DNA of 63,572 nt, filler included, from Licmophora abbreviata (Eukaryota): the NCBI GenBank assembly GCA_900291995.1. It is 21 parts of 21 records of this genome, joined end to end, with 100 filler letters (N's around TTAATTAATTAA, not from the genome) between each part and the next. Parts side by side here need not be neighbours in the genome. Positions count along the whole stretch, not along the records: positions 53,522 to 55,341 come from OLMU01004525.1; positions 55,442 to 57,960 come from OLMU01004526.1; positions 58,061 to 59,516 come from OLMU01004529.1; positions 59,617 to 60,741 come from OLMU01004530.1; positions 60,842 to 62,281 come from OLMU01004531.1; positions 62,382 to 63,572 come from OLMU01004538.1; 15 more parts are not named here. One strand, given 5' to 3'. Within the stretch, counting starts at the first letter, position 1. Every line of letters starts with the position of its first letter. Positions 53,522 through 63,572 of the stretch are shown piece by piece. A program made the translations under genes and the position numbers. A model generated the notes under the pieces. That model saw only the letters and a list, made by a program, of their open reading frames with translations, was not told where the DNA came from and did no database searches.

Positions 53522-55958
53522 TGGAACGTTCTTCGCGTGCCATGCCTGGGATTGCAAGCCTTCGCGGTCAAGGCCTGCGATCTGCATGAGCTTCGCTGTT
53601 TCTTCGGCCAGCAGCCGTTCCTGTGCTGCGCCCTCGACCGGAGTGCGCCCGGCCTCGAGAAAAAGGGGCGCTGCAAAGGGTGTGACGCGGGCCAAGCGCA
53701 ACAGGTCGATCCGACCACCAACGCGGCTCAGCATCTGTTCGATGCGACCGAAATCGATCAGTCCGCGCATCGCCTCCTGGCGGGTGATGTCCAGCAGAAG
53801 GTGGCCGGGATCGTATTTGACCAGCGTGTCATAGAGGATGTCCGAGGAAAACGTCGCCTGCCGCCCGGTCTTGCGAGCCTGAGGGGTATTGCGCTGAATG
53901 AGGCCCGCAATCGTGGCTGAGGCCCGAAAGGTCCGTTTCATGAGCGCATTGCCGGCAAGCCATTGCTCAAGCCCGTCGCGCAGGGCTTCGGGGGCAAAGA
54001 TCGGCGCAGGGTCGGTCATTGGCTCAAGCCCCCAGATCAGCGTGGCATAGTCCGTCGACACGAAGCCAAGCGGGGCAAGGCCCATCTCTTCCATCCGCTT
54101 GGTGACCAGAAGCCCCAGCGTCTGTTGAGCGTTGCGCCCTGCGAAACCATAGATGCAGACATGCTCGCGCCCGTCATGCGGAAAGCTTTCGATCAACAGA
54201 CGGCCCTTTTCGGGCAGGCGGGACAGGTCGCGCTGCAGATGCAGCCAGTCCCTTGCATGAGTGGGCAGCTCGGGCCAGTCGTCCTGCGCGAGCATCGACA
54301 GGATGCGATCGCTCAGCTGGGTGGAGGTGGCGAATTTGGTGCCCATGAAGGTCGCGATCTTGGGGGTTCGGCCTTTGTCACGGCTGACTTCGACGACCAT
54401 TTCGCGCAAGGATTCGAACCGCACGATCTGCCCGCCGATCAGGAACGTGTCGCCGGGCGTCAATGACGCGGCAAAGCCTTCTTCGATTTCGCCAAGTGGT
54501 TTGCCGCCACGCGTGCGGCGCATCCGGACTTTCAGCGTATCGGTGTCCTGGATCGTTCCGATATTCATCCGGATCAGCCGCGCACTGCGTGGGTCGCGCA
54601 AGTGCCACCGCCCATCCGGCATCTGCTTGAGCCGCTGCCACTGATCATAGGCGCGCAGGGCATAGCCGCCAGTGGCGCAGAACTCGAGACAGGCATCGAA
54701 ATCCGCGCGACTGAGATCGGCATAGGCCCCGGCGCTTGTGACCTCGGCATAAAGCGCGTCGGCCTCGAACGGTCCGGCGCAGGCAGTGATCAGAATGTGC
54801 TGACACAGAACATCGCGCGGTCCGGGGCCACGTCGCTCACCGTCCAGATCGTGATCGCGCACGGCTTGCAGGGCGGCACGGCATTCCACGATTTCGAAGC
54901 GGTTTGCCGGCACCAGCAGCGCCTTTGAGGGCGCGTTGTAGCGGTGGTTGGCCCGCCCGATCCGCTGTACCAGCCGCTTGACGTTCTTGGGTGCGCCGAT
55001 CTGGATCACCAGATCCACATCGCCCCAATCGATCCCCAAATCCAGACTGCCGGTGCAGACGATCGCCCTCAACTCGCCGCGCTGCATGGCGCCCTCGACC
55101 CGGTCGCGCTGTTGGCGATCGAGCGACCCGTGGTGAATGCCGATCGGCAGCGCGTCTTCGTTCGCCAGCCAGAGGTTGTGAAAGAACAGCTCGGCCTGCG
55201 CGCGGGTGTTATGGAAGATCAGTGTGGTGGTGTGCGCCTTGACCTGCTCCAGAACCGCGGGGATCGCATAGGCGGCCCCGCCACCGGCCCAGGGCGGCGC
55301 CTGATCTGTTTCGAGCATCGAGATGTCCGGCTCGGGGCCGGNNNNNNNNNNNNNNNNNNNNNNNNNNNNNNNNNNNNNNNNNNNNTTAATTAATTAANNN
55401 NNNNNNNNNNNNNNNNNNNNNNNNNNNNNNNNNNNNNNNNNGCGTCTGCAGCCGCGCCAGTGCCAGCATCAACTGGTCACCGCGTTTTGACTCGGCCAGG
55501 GCATGGATTTCGTCGACCACCACCCGACGCAGCCCCTTGAAGATGCGCGGCGCGTCCTCATACGAGGTCAGCAGCGCCAGACTCTCTGGGGTTGTCAGAA
55601 GGATATGCGGGGGATCGGCGCGTTGGCGGCGCTTGCGGCTTGCGGGTGTGTCGCCGGTCCGGTCCTCGACCCGGATGGGCAGGTCCATTTCGGTGATCGG
55701 CGTGGTCAGGTTGCGGCGGATATCAGCAGCCAACGCCTTGAGCGGCGAGATATAGAGCGTGTGCAGCCCGTCATGCCCACCTTGTGCCAGATCGACAAGC
55801 GTCGGCAGAAACCCCGCCAGCGTCTTGCCCCCGCCTGTCGGGGCGATGAGCAAGGTGGCAGGGTCGTTCGCACGCTCGAGCATGGCGTACTGGTGCGGGT
55901 GGATCGACCACCCGCGCAAGGCAAACCATCGTTTGAAGACATCGGGCACGGAGCGCAT
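53522..55958 (-). CDS. lhr: Lhr-core ligase-associated DEXH helicase (split by gap)
   Basis: APTGGGKT, TTPES, DEIH, HHGSL, QRIGRANH. Confidence 0.93.
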
Positions 55959-55997
55959 GCCCAAGAGGTAGGCGAAAGGGTATGCCCCGGCCAGAGG

Positions 55998-57308
55998 TTA
56001 CTTCACGATCTTTTCGTCCTTCACGAACATATTGGCCCAGGCCCTGTCGATCAGTTCGGGGCTCATCTGATAGGGTATGCCCTCGAACTCGCAGATCGAG
56101 ATCATCTGATCGATCAGGAAGACCGGCTGGTAATTCGCATAGACATTGTCGATCGTGGGATATTTCGTCTTTAGCAGATGCACCAAAGCCGCTTCATCCA
56201 GCGGCATCTGACGTTTCTTGGCCACCATGGCAAAGATCTTGAGGAAATTCTCCTGATTGGGGCCGTCGATCTTGATCTTGAAGAAGATCCGGCGCAGGGC
56301 GGCCCGGTCGAAGATCTCGTTGGGATGGAAGTTGGTCGAGAAGATGACCAGCGTGTCGAAGGGCACCTCGAATTTTTCGCCTGACTGCAGGGCGAGGATG
56401 TCCTTGGCTTCCTCGAGCGGAACGATCCAGCGGTTGACCAGGGCCTGCGGCGGCTCGGCCTGTCGGCCGAGGTCGTCGACGATGAAGATGCCGCCGGTCG
56501 ATTTCAACTGCAACGGGGCCTGATAGGTTCGCGCCGTCGGATTGTAGACCAGATCCAGCATGTTCAAACTCAACTCGCCGCCGGTGATGACGGTCGGCCG
56601 TTCGCATCGCACATATCGCGTATCGAATGTCCGCTTGCGGCGCAGACTGTTGGGATCATCGGTTTCGCTTTCGGCCTTGGAATGCACGATCGGGTCATAG
56701 ACAGTGATGACCTGACCGGAATATTCAATGGCACGCGGCACATAGATCCTGTCGCCCATGGCATCGCGTATGCCGTTCGAAATACTCGATTTCCCGTTCC
56801 CCGGAGGACCATACATCAGGATCGATCGTCCGGCGGACACCGCAGGACCCAGATGATCCAGCAGGCTGTCAGGCAAGACCAGATGCCCCATCGCATTGGT
56901 CAACTCCTGCCGTGTGATCTGAATGTTGCGGATGGATTGGCGGGCAACCTGAGCGCGGTAAACCTCGAGCGGGACCGGCATGGCGCCGTAATATTCGGAT
57001 TGCGAGAGCGCATCGAGCGCCCGGGATTTACCCGAATCCGTCAGCTGATATCCCATTTCGCTGCCAGAATTTGCGTTTAGCGTTCCGGTCGCCTCGACCA
57101 GCTTCTGTTCGCGCGCGACGTCGATCAATTCCTGCGTCACGGTGCGGGGCAGGCAGATCGCCTCGGCCAGTTCACTGGCGGTATCGATATTCTTGCGAAA
57201 CATGGTCTTTATCAGGATGTCGCGCATCATCACGATGGGCAGTTTCATTTCCTGAAGTCCGCTTGGCGGCGGCGGTGGCTGGACACCTTGGGTGGTTTGC
57301 ATGTTCAT
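55998..57308 (-). CDS. AAA+ ATPase at the end of the tad cluster
   Basis: GPPGNGKS, IVDDLGRQ, FSTN, RRI. Confidence 0.88.
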   Translation of the reverse strand: MNMQTTQGVQPPPPPSGLQEMKLPIVMMRDILIKTMFRKNIDTASELAEAICLPRTVTQELIDVAREQKLVEATGTLNANSGSEMGYQLTDSGKSRALDALSQSEYYGAMPVPLEVYRAQVARQSIRNIQITRQELTNAMGHLVLPDSLLDHLGPAVSAGRSILMYGPPGNGKSSISNGIRDAMGDRIYVPRAIEYSGQVITVYDPIVHSKAESETDDPNSLRRKRTFDTRYVRCERPTVITGGELSLNMLDLVYNPTARTYQAPLQLKSTGGIFIVDDLGRQAEPPQALVNRWIVPLEEAKDILALQSGEKFEVPFDTLVIFSTNFHPNEIFDRAALRRIFFKIKIDGPNQENFLKIFAMVAKKRQMPLDEAALVHLLKTKYPTIDNVYANYQPVFLIDQMISICEFEGIPYQMSPELIDRAWANMFVKDEKIVK

Positions 57309-57441
57309 AAGGATTTGCCCGACTACCGGAGTTGCATGTCATCAGGCCCTCTGTGTATCAGAAGGCCCGCGCCGCAAAGGTGCCAGAGAAATATGAGCAG
57401 ATTAAGGAGAGTGTCGGGCAGGCGCGGGGCAGCAGGATGCC

Positions 57442-57942
57442 CTACTGCCCCAACGCGATCCCCATCCCGAGATAGATCACCAATGAGCTGCCAAGCGCAA
57501 AACCCATGGGAAACTTGCCTTCCCGTGACCAACTGATCCAGTCGGGCGCCAGTTGCCGCAAGGTGCTTTTCTTGACCAGACGGTGCGTGACGAAACAGGC
57601 CAGAAGGTTGGCCGAGAAGATCACGAACAAGGGCACGACATCGCCCGGATCGATGAAAGGTGCCGCCGCAGCGAGGAACTTGGAATCGCCCGCCCCCATT
57701 ATTCCGGCTGCATTGAGTAGTATCCCGATCAGCAGCACGATCACCAGATTGACCAGCCGCCATGGGTAGTCATGCAAGGGCAATACGAACAGACCGACCA
57801 CAAGAAACACGCATGTCAACGCGATGACGGATGTATTCGGAATGCGCATGGCGCTCAAGTCCGTCCAGATCACCCAAACGCAAATCGGCAGGACGAAAGG
57901 CAGAAACCATGCGGCCTGCATCGCGGTGATCTGGAGCGGCAT
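57442..57942 (-). CDS. cpaA: Prepilin peptidase (A24)
   Basis: TDLSAMRIPN, MGAGDSK. Confidence 0.88.
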   Translation of the reverse strand: MPLQITAMQAAWFLPFVLPICVWVIWTDLSAMRIPNTSVIALTCVFLVVGLFVLPLHDYPWRLVNLVIVLLIGILLNAAGIMGAGDSKFLAAAAPFIDPGDVVPLFVIFSANLLACFVTHRLVKKSTLRQLAPDWISWSREGKFPMGFALGSSLVIYLGMGIALGQ

Positions 57943-58060
57943 CGGTAGGTCCCGAACTAGNNNNNNNNNNNNNNNNNNNNNNNNNNNNNNNNNNNNNNNN
58001 NNNNTTAATTAATTAANNNNNNNNNNNNNNNNNNNNNNNNNNNNNNNNNNNNNNNNNNNN

Positions 58061-59013
58061 AGATTGATGATGTCGCCATCCACAACCCGCGGAATGAAAT
58101 TCAATTCAACGCCGAAGGGTTTGAATTCGATCGATGTCGTGTTGTTGTCCTGCGCGACGGGCACAGGATATTCGCCGCCTGCAAGGAACTTGGCCTCTTG
58201 TCCCGAAAGAGCTGTCAGGTTTGGTTCTGCAAGGGTACGCACGACCCCTTTGGATTCGAGCGCTTCGAGCAGGATGCCGATTTCGACCGACCCGATGTCA
58301 AAGCCGAAGAAGGCGGCACCGGCGTTGTTGTTTGCGGTGATACCGCCCCGATTGGCACCCGCTGACGGCAGATTGCTGCCGGCAAGAGCGGCCCCGTTGC
58401 CGCTGACCCCCAGAGCGTCGACCGCAAGGGATGTGGACAGCTGCTTGGATACGCTGCGCTGCATTTCTGCAAACCGTACCTTGAGCATGACCTGTTGATT
58501 GCCTGCTACGACCATGAGGTTCGATACGCGCTCTGGCGCATAGCGCTGCGCCAGAGACAGCGCACGCTCCATGCGCGCCGTGCTCGATACGCTACCAGAC
58601 AGGACAATGCCGTCATTGGCGGTGCGCACCTCGATCCGTTCGTTCGGGAGGATTTGCTGAAGCCGTTCCTTGAACTCCGAAACGTCCGTCGACACGTGGA
58701 TTTCAACGTTGGTGATCAGGCGCCCGCTGTCGTCCAGCAACGTCAGCGTGGTCCGTCCGGGGGCCTTGCCAAGCACGTAAATCGTTCTGTCGGACAAGGT
58801 CGAGAAATCCGCGATGGACGGGTTCGCGATGCTCAGTTCCGCGAATGGCACATCGCTTTCGACGACAACGGCCCGGTTCATCGTGACGTTGAGATCGCGC
58901 GCCGCACCGTTGCGGACAACCTGTAGGTTTTCTGCCTGCAGCTCGGTAACGAATCCACTGAATACCATTGCCAGCCCCAAAAGGGCGGCTTTGAATAAGC
59001 CTGCGTTTTTCAT
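58061..59013 (-). CDS. cpaC: Tad secretin CpaC/RcpA (3' end in gap)
   Basis: IANPSIAD, QQVMLKVRFAE, LAEPNL..LSG..A.FLAGGE.P. Confidence 0.93.
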
Positions 59014-59215
59014 GTGACCTGCCTTTCCGATCACGCCTCATTTGGTCGGGTCTTTGGTCGCCCGGTTTGAGTGTTACTTTGCGGCACTTCTTGCGAATTT
59101 TCAAGAATCAACGACTTTTTGTCGAATTTTCCGAAGATTGTGGCGGAAAAACAGCCACCCACCAAAAAGGGCGCCCTTAACCCGGGCGCCCGATGCTGTC
59201 TTGACTGTCCGGCTG

Positions 59216-60170
59216 TCAGTTCGTGCAGGGGATCTGGCTGACGATGACTTCCGCGCCACGGCGTGTCCGGATGGTGCACACCTCCTGGCGTTGCGGTGCC
59301 GGGGCCGCTTCGATCCGCGATAGCCCCAACAGCCGATTCTGGTCGACCTCGATCACCTCGGCCACGGATTCCTCGTCCGTGCCGACCAGCGACAGTGACA
59401 AGCGGCCGGTTGCCTGAGCCTGTGCTAGGGCGGCGACCTGCTGTGGTTTGGCCGCGACCGTGACGGTGCGGGCAATGATCGCCTGAGTGGTGTTCTCATC
59501 CGAGATCTGATCCACGNNNNNNNNNNNNNNNNNNNNNNNNNNNNNNNNNNNNNNNNNNNNTTAATTAATTAANNNNNNNNNNNNNNNNNNNNNNNNNNNN
59601 NNNNNNNNNNNNNNNNGTTTCGATGAGTTTCGTGACATCGCCCATCGAATTACCCTCGGTCCGCACGTCGCTGCCGCCGCGCACTTGGCCTGTCCAATAG
59701 ACATCGACCCGGTCGCCCGGGCGTAGAAAGCCGGACACACCGCTGGCCACGTCGACCTTGATTGCAAAGGCGCGCATGCCTTGCGCCAGCTGGGACGAAA
59801 TGCCCGCATCCTCTCCCGGTGCGGTGACTTTGACCGCCATGATCGCCTCGTTGACTTCCATGGCGCGGCGCACTGCGCGGGGCTCCTGCTCACCCTTGGG
59901 AAACAGCGCATCCATCGTCGTGAACACGCCCTCGGGGAGAGCGTCCTTGGGGAATTTCACTAGACGCACCGCGTCGGGCTTCAGCTTTTGCCCGTATTTC
60001 AGCGGTGCCTTCGCGACCAAAACCTCGACGGTTTCGATCTGAGGCGCGCGTTGTGCCCGTTCCAGCGCAAGCTGGTTCTGATATCCCTGGATATAGCTCT
60101 TGGCCATGTAAACGGCGAAGCCCGCCAGACCCAGACCCAGGACAAGCACCAGTCCAAATACCAATCTCAT
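59216..60170 (-). CDS. cpaB: Flp pilus assembly protein CpaB (split by gap)
   Basis: SAF domain; GMRAFAI.VD..SGVSGFLRPGDRVDV. Confidence 0.93.
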
Positions 60171-60404
60171 GGTCCGTCCTCTCGATAATTCCTATGTGCC
60201 GGAGCGATCCGATCGCCCGTCAATCCATCGCAGATTGGCGGTTTATTGTGGCGAAATGAGGGAAAGCCGGTGATCGTTTCTGGATCATGCACAACGCTCG
60301 GATCTGTTGCGTTCGGGTGTCACAGGCCCTCGACACAGAAAAGGCCGACGCAACTTTGCATCAGCCCTTTGCTTTTGCCGGGGTCTTGTCGCTTGTGATG
60401 CCGA

Positions 60405-60599
60405 TCACTCCAGATTGAGGCTCTGGATTTCTGCGGCATTCATCGTGCTTGCGACCCTGTTGCCTATGGAATTGTTCGCGGCCAGCAAGGTGGTTACGAC
60501 ACCGACGCCAAGGCCCACGACAGCCGCTGTGATGACGACCCAGTCAACCGTTACCGCGCCGTCCTCGTTACAGATGAATGTCTTCAGATACTCGTTCAT
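60405..60599 (-). CDS. Flp-type pilin
   Basis: EDG/AVTVDWVV followed by a hydrophobic helix. Confidence 0.85.
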   Translation of the reverse strand: MNEYLKTFICNEDGAVTVDWVVITAAVVGLGVGVVTTLLAANNSIGNRVASTMNAAEIQSLNLE

Positions 60600-60697
60600 G
60601 GCGCATTCCTTTTTCTTGGTGCGACTGCATCGCTGCGCGGTGTGCCTGCTCGTTCTTGTGTCTTGCGGCGTCAGGTAAACAGGATCGCCGTCCTAAA

Positions 60698-60734
60698 AAA
60701 ATCTGGCCGCAAAGCGGTCTTGCGGCCAGATTTT
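60698..60734 (-). terminator. Intrinsic terminator between the pilin genes
   Basis: AAAATCTGGCCGCAA-N7-TTGCGGCCAGATTTT. Confidence 0.8.
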
Positions 60735-60904
60735 GTGTTATNNNNNNNNNNNNNNNNNNNNNNNNNNNNNNNNNNNNNNNNNNNNTTAATTAATTAANNN
60801 NNNNNNNNNNNNNNNNNNNNNNNNNNNNNNNNNNNNNNNNNCTGGCCGCAAAGCGGTCTTGCGGCCAGATTTTGTGTTATCCAAAAGTCTCTCGAGCAGA
60901 TGTC

Positions 60905-61165
60905 TTAAAGGCCGTCGCCGCCGCCTGCGTCTGCGCCGCCTGCGTCTGCACCGCCACCGCCGGTCGTCTGACCCAGGGTGCCGAGGCTGACCACGCTTGC
61001 GCCGCTCAGTTCGCCGCTTACGCTGCTGGCGAGGCCATCAACACCGCCTTTGACGGTTGCCACACCGGCCACGCCAAGGCCCACGACTGCTGCGGTCAGA
61101 ACGACCCAGTCAACTGTCACGGCGCCGTCTTCTTCTTTCAGGAATTGCTTGATGAACTTGTTCAT
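60905..61165 (-). CDS. Flp-type pilin with Gly/Ala/Asp tail
   Basis: EEDG/AVTVDWVV; tail GGADAGGADAGGG; GGAGG RBS. Confidence 0.88.
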   Translation of the reverse strand: MNKFIKQFLKEEDGAVTVDWVVLTAAVVGLGVAGVATVKGGVDGLASSVSGELSGASVVSLGTLGQTTGGGGADAGGADAGGGDGL

Positions 61166-61519
61166 TGTTGGTCCCTCCATAGGATCACTGTCTCAGGTTT
61201 AACCGTTTGAGCATGTCCGGGCCGCCTCTCTCTTTGGCCCATCACTCTTGCGGTATGACGCTATAAAGCCCATCAATTCAGGCAGGAATTTGGCGCGATT
61301 AGAACGTTTTTTGAGACCATCGGAGTTTTTTGATCTTGGGGCTTTAATGAGCTGATTTAGAAGGAAAAATTTATCTGCCTTTCAGATTTTTGGCGTGGAT
61401 TTTAGGGATTTTGCACCTGTGTGTCCGGCGCGCCGTTTCCGTAAATCACACAATTATGGAAAATCACCCATTCTTTTGCGATAATGCGCGAAACTGAACA
61501 TTCAGAGCAGATCGAAATC

Positions 61520-62281
61520 ATGAAATGTGTTGGAATCGTCGCCTTGGGCGTTGCCCTTTGGTTGCCGGGGCTGTCCCATGCCGGCGATCCGTCGCCATTC
61601 CCCGACTTCACCTTCAAGATGGGCAAGCCGCCGCCGCCCGACACCTCGAGGCGCATCACCGTGCAGATCGAACCTCAGCCCGAAGCGCCCGCCACTGCCC
61701 CCGATCAGACCGCACCCTTGGGTGACGGCGCTGCACCGCCTGTATCTCGATATGGCTGGTTCTGGGAAAAGGTCTCTCCCGAGATCGGCGTGGATGGCGT
61801 GGCCCGGCTGCGCGATGCTTTCGTCATGCTCTCGGACGGGCCGGCGGGGGCTTCGGTCTCCGGGCCGCGCCTGCAGACTGTGCAGGATATCGCGGCAGCC
61901 CAAGGGCCGCATGTTCTGCGCGCCACGATCGGAACACAGGTGTCACCGGCACTGGTTCTGGCGGTCATCGCGGTCGAGTCGGGCGGCAAGCCGACCGCTG
62001 AAAGCCCGAAAGGCGCGCAGGGCCTGATGCAGCTGATGCCGGACACGGCACGGCGCTTCGGTGTGACCGACAGCCTTTCTCAGGCCGAGAACATCCGTGG
62101 TGGGGTCGCCTATCTCGATTGGCTTTTGACGGAATTTCAGGGCGACGCGGTGCTGGCTCTTGCCGGCTACAATGCGGGGGAAAATGCCGTCAAGAAACAC
62201 AACGGTGTTCCGCCCTTCGCCGAAACCCGTGACTACGTGCCCAAAGTCCTCGCCGCGTTCGAGGTGGCCAGAGCCCTGTGC
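61520..62281 (+). CDS. Lytic transglycosylase (SLT), 3' end in gap
   Basis: VES, GAQGLMQLMP, YNAG, ETRDYV. Confidence 0.92.
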
Positions 62282-62381
62282 NNNNNNNNNNNNNNNNNNN
62301 NNNNNNNNNNNNNNNNNNNNNNNNNTTAATTAATTAANNNNNNNNNNNNNNNNNNNNNNNNNNNNNNNNNNNNNNNNNNNN

Positions 62382-63027
62382 GCATCCCGAAATTCTCGTC
62401 CACCCCCAGAAAGGTGCCGGTCAGCCCGTTGCAGGTGATATCCTCGCCGACCCCATGGGCCAGACCGCGCCAATCCGCATGCAGGGCGCGCGGGCCGTCG
62501 TCTTCCCACCGGGTGATCCAGGCCAGCGTGTGCCGCGCCCATGATTCCAGCAGCTCGGTCGCATCCACATCGGCGCACCCCTCGTCATAAAGCGCTGTTT
62601 CGTCCGGGCGCTCGCCGGGGGCATGGCCGACGCTCAACAGCGGCACCTCCAGCCCCACCACCAGCCAGTCGGGCAAGGCGGTGGCATCGGGTGTGCTGGC
62701 CATCGCCCGCAGCCTGCCGCAGGAGGCGCCGTTCACCCGAAGCCCCCCCGCCCATTCCAGATGCACCGCCACTTCGGGGGGCCCGAGCGCGCCAAGGGCG
62801 TTCTGGAAGCCCACACCGCAAAGCGGCAGCATGGCCATCGCCTGCTCCAGCGGCACCTCCGGCGCCATGACCAGAGCCGCCGCCAGCCGGTTGGCCGCGA
62901 TGTTGTGCACGATCAGTCCCGCATCGCAGCCAAGCGCGGCCATGGCACAGGCCTTTTCGAACGGGTCGATCCCGGCATCGACCGGGTGGCCCGACATCAG
63001 CGGTGGAAAGGCCGGGACGTCGCTCAT
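62382..63027 (-). CDS. Biotin/lipoate ligase-like (DUF4444-type) protein, partial
   Basis: LVMAPEVPL, HLEW.G.LRVNG..CG, F.GVDENFG. Confidence 0.75.
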
Positions 63028-63572
63028 GCCACCCCCTGGGCCACCAGATAGCGCGCGATGTCGCGGAACGCCTGCGCCTGTGGCGCATCGGGTTTCGACA
63101 CCACGATCGGCGCCCCCCCGTCCGAGGCGGTGCGGATGTCGATATGCAACGGCACTTCCGCCAGAAGCGGCACGCCGATCTTCTCGCATTCCGCCTTCAC
63201 GCCGCCATGCCCGAAAACGTGTTCCTCGTGGCCGCACTCACTGCAGATATGGGTGGACATGTTCTCGATCATGCCCAGCACGGGGACATGCAGCTGATTG
63301 AACATGTCGATCCCCTTGCGCGCATCCAGAAGCGCCACGTCCTGCGGGGTCGAAACGATGATCGCACCGTCGACCACGGCCTTTTGCGCCAGCGTCATCT
63401 GCACGTCGCCGGTGCCGGGCGGCAGATCGACCAGCAGCACGTCAAGCGCGCCCCACTGGACTTGTGTCAGCATTTGCTGCAGCGCCCCCATCAGCATCGG
63501 ACCGCGCCAGACCACGGCCTGATCCTCGTTGGTCATCAGACCGATCGACATCATGGTGACGCCGTGATTGCG
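63024..63572 (-). CDS. apbC: Mrp/ApbC Fe-S carrier ATPase, C-terminal part
   Basis: WRGPM, DLPPGTGD, TPQ, ENMS..C..C. Confidence 0.95.
   Translation of the reverse strand, partial: RNHGVTMMSIGLMTNEDQAVVWRGPMLMGALQQMLTQVQWGALDVLLVDLPPGTGDVQMTLAQKAVVDGAIIVSTPQDVALLDARKGIDMFNQLHVPVLGMIENMSTHICSECGHEEHVFGHGGVKAECEKIGVPLLAEVPLHIDIRTASDGGAPIVVSKPDAPQAQAFRDIARYLVAQGVA

Larger units (their letters stand above)
20079..62381. other. 20 artificial 100-nt scaffold linkers (N-run, TTAATTAATTAA, N-run)
   Basis: Starts at 20079, 22484, 24366, 25469, 28313, 31121, 33010, 34141, 36715, 39936, 42380, 44411, 47391, 49729, 53422, 55342, 57961, 59517, 60742, 62282. Confidence 0.99.

Noticed and set aside
57961..58060. 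Apparent loss of tadA/B/C/D and cpaE, and of the tolQ 5' part at 39936
   Set aside because: Linker length is arbitrary; the missing sequence probably lies in unsequenced gaps.
20079..62381. Repeated TTAATTAATTAA motif and genes that appear split
   Set aside because: Artificial six-frame-stop scaffold linkers; not a biological repeat, CtrA site or pseudogenisation.

Overview
Draft-assembly window from a GC-rich alphaproteobacterium; gene order and protein sequences point to Rhodobacterales (Roseobacter group). 1-~17910 is a lower-GC accessory region on one contig: two related integrative elements in tandem at a tRNA(CAT) 3' end, with att copies at 7210-7255 and 17864-17908. Element 1 (left end outside the window) carries a clamp-loader-like AAA+ ATPase, a 251-aa unknown, an FseA-like (DUF6499/DUF2285-like) activator and a DUF6626-like protein, plus hybrid-kinase cargo. 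Element 2 is decayed (two IS remnants, no integrase) and carries an RND pump with small secreted proteins and a binding-protein/TRIC fusion. The most striking signal: the 251-aa gene and its flanks (261-1119) have no TC and no CC dinucleotide on the coding strand, and the protein has no proline. ~17910-63572 is mostly ordinary chromosome (xerC, fsa, priA, prmA, ruvCAB, tol-pal, tilS, ftsH, fhs, folD, lhr/pdeM, tad/flp, apbC), broken by 20 artificial 100-nt N-TTAATTAATTAA-N linkers. Family assignments are from recognised motifs, not database searches.
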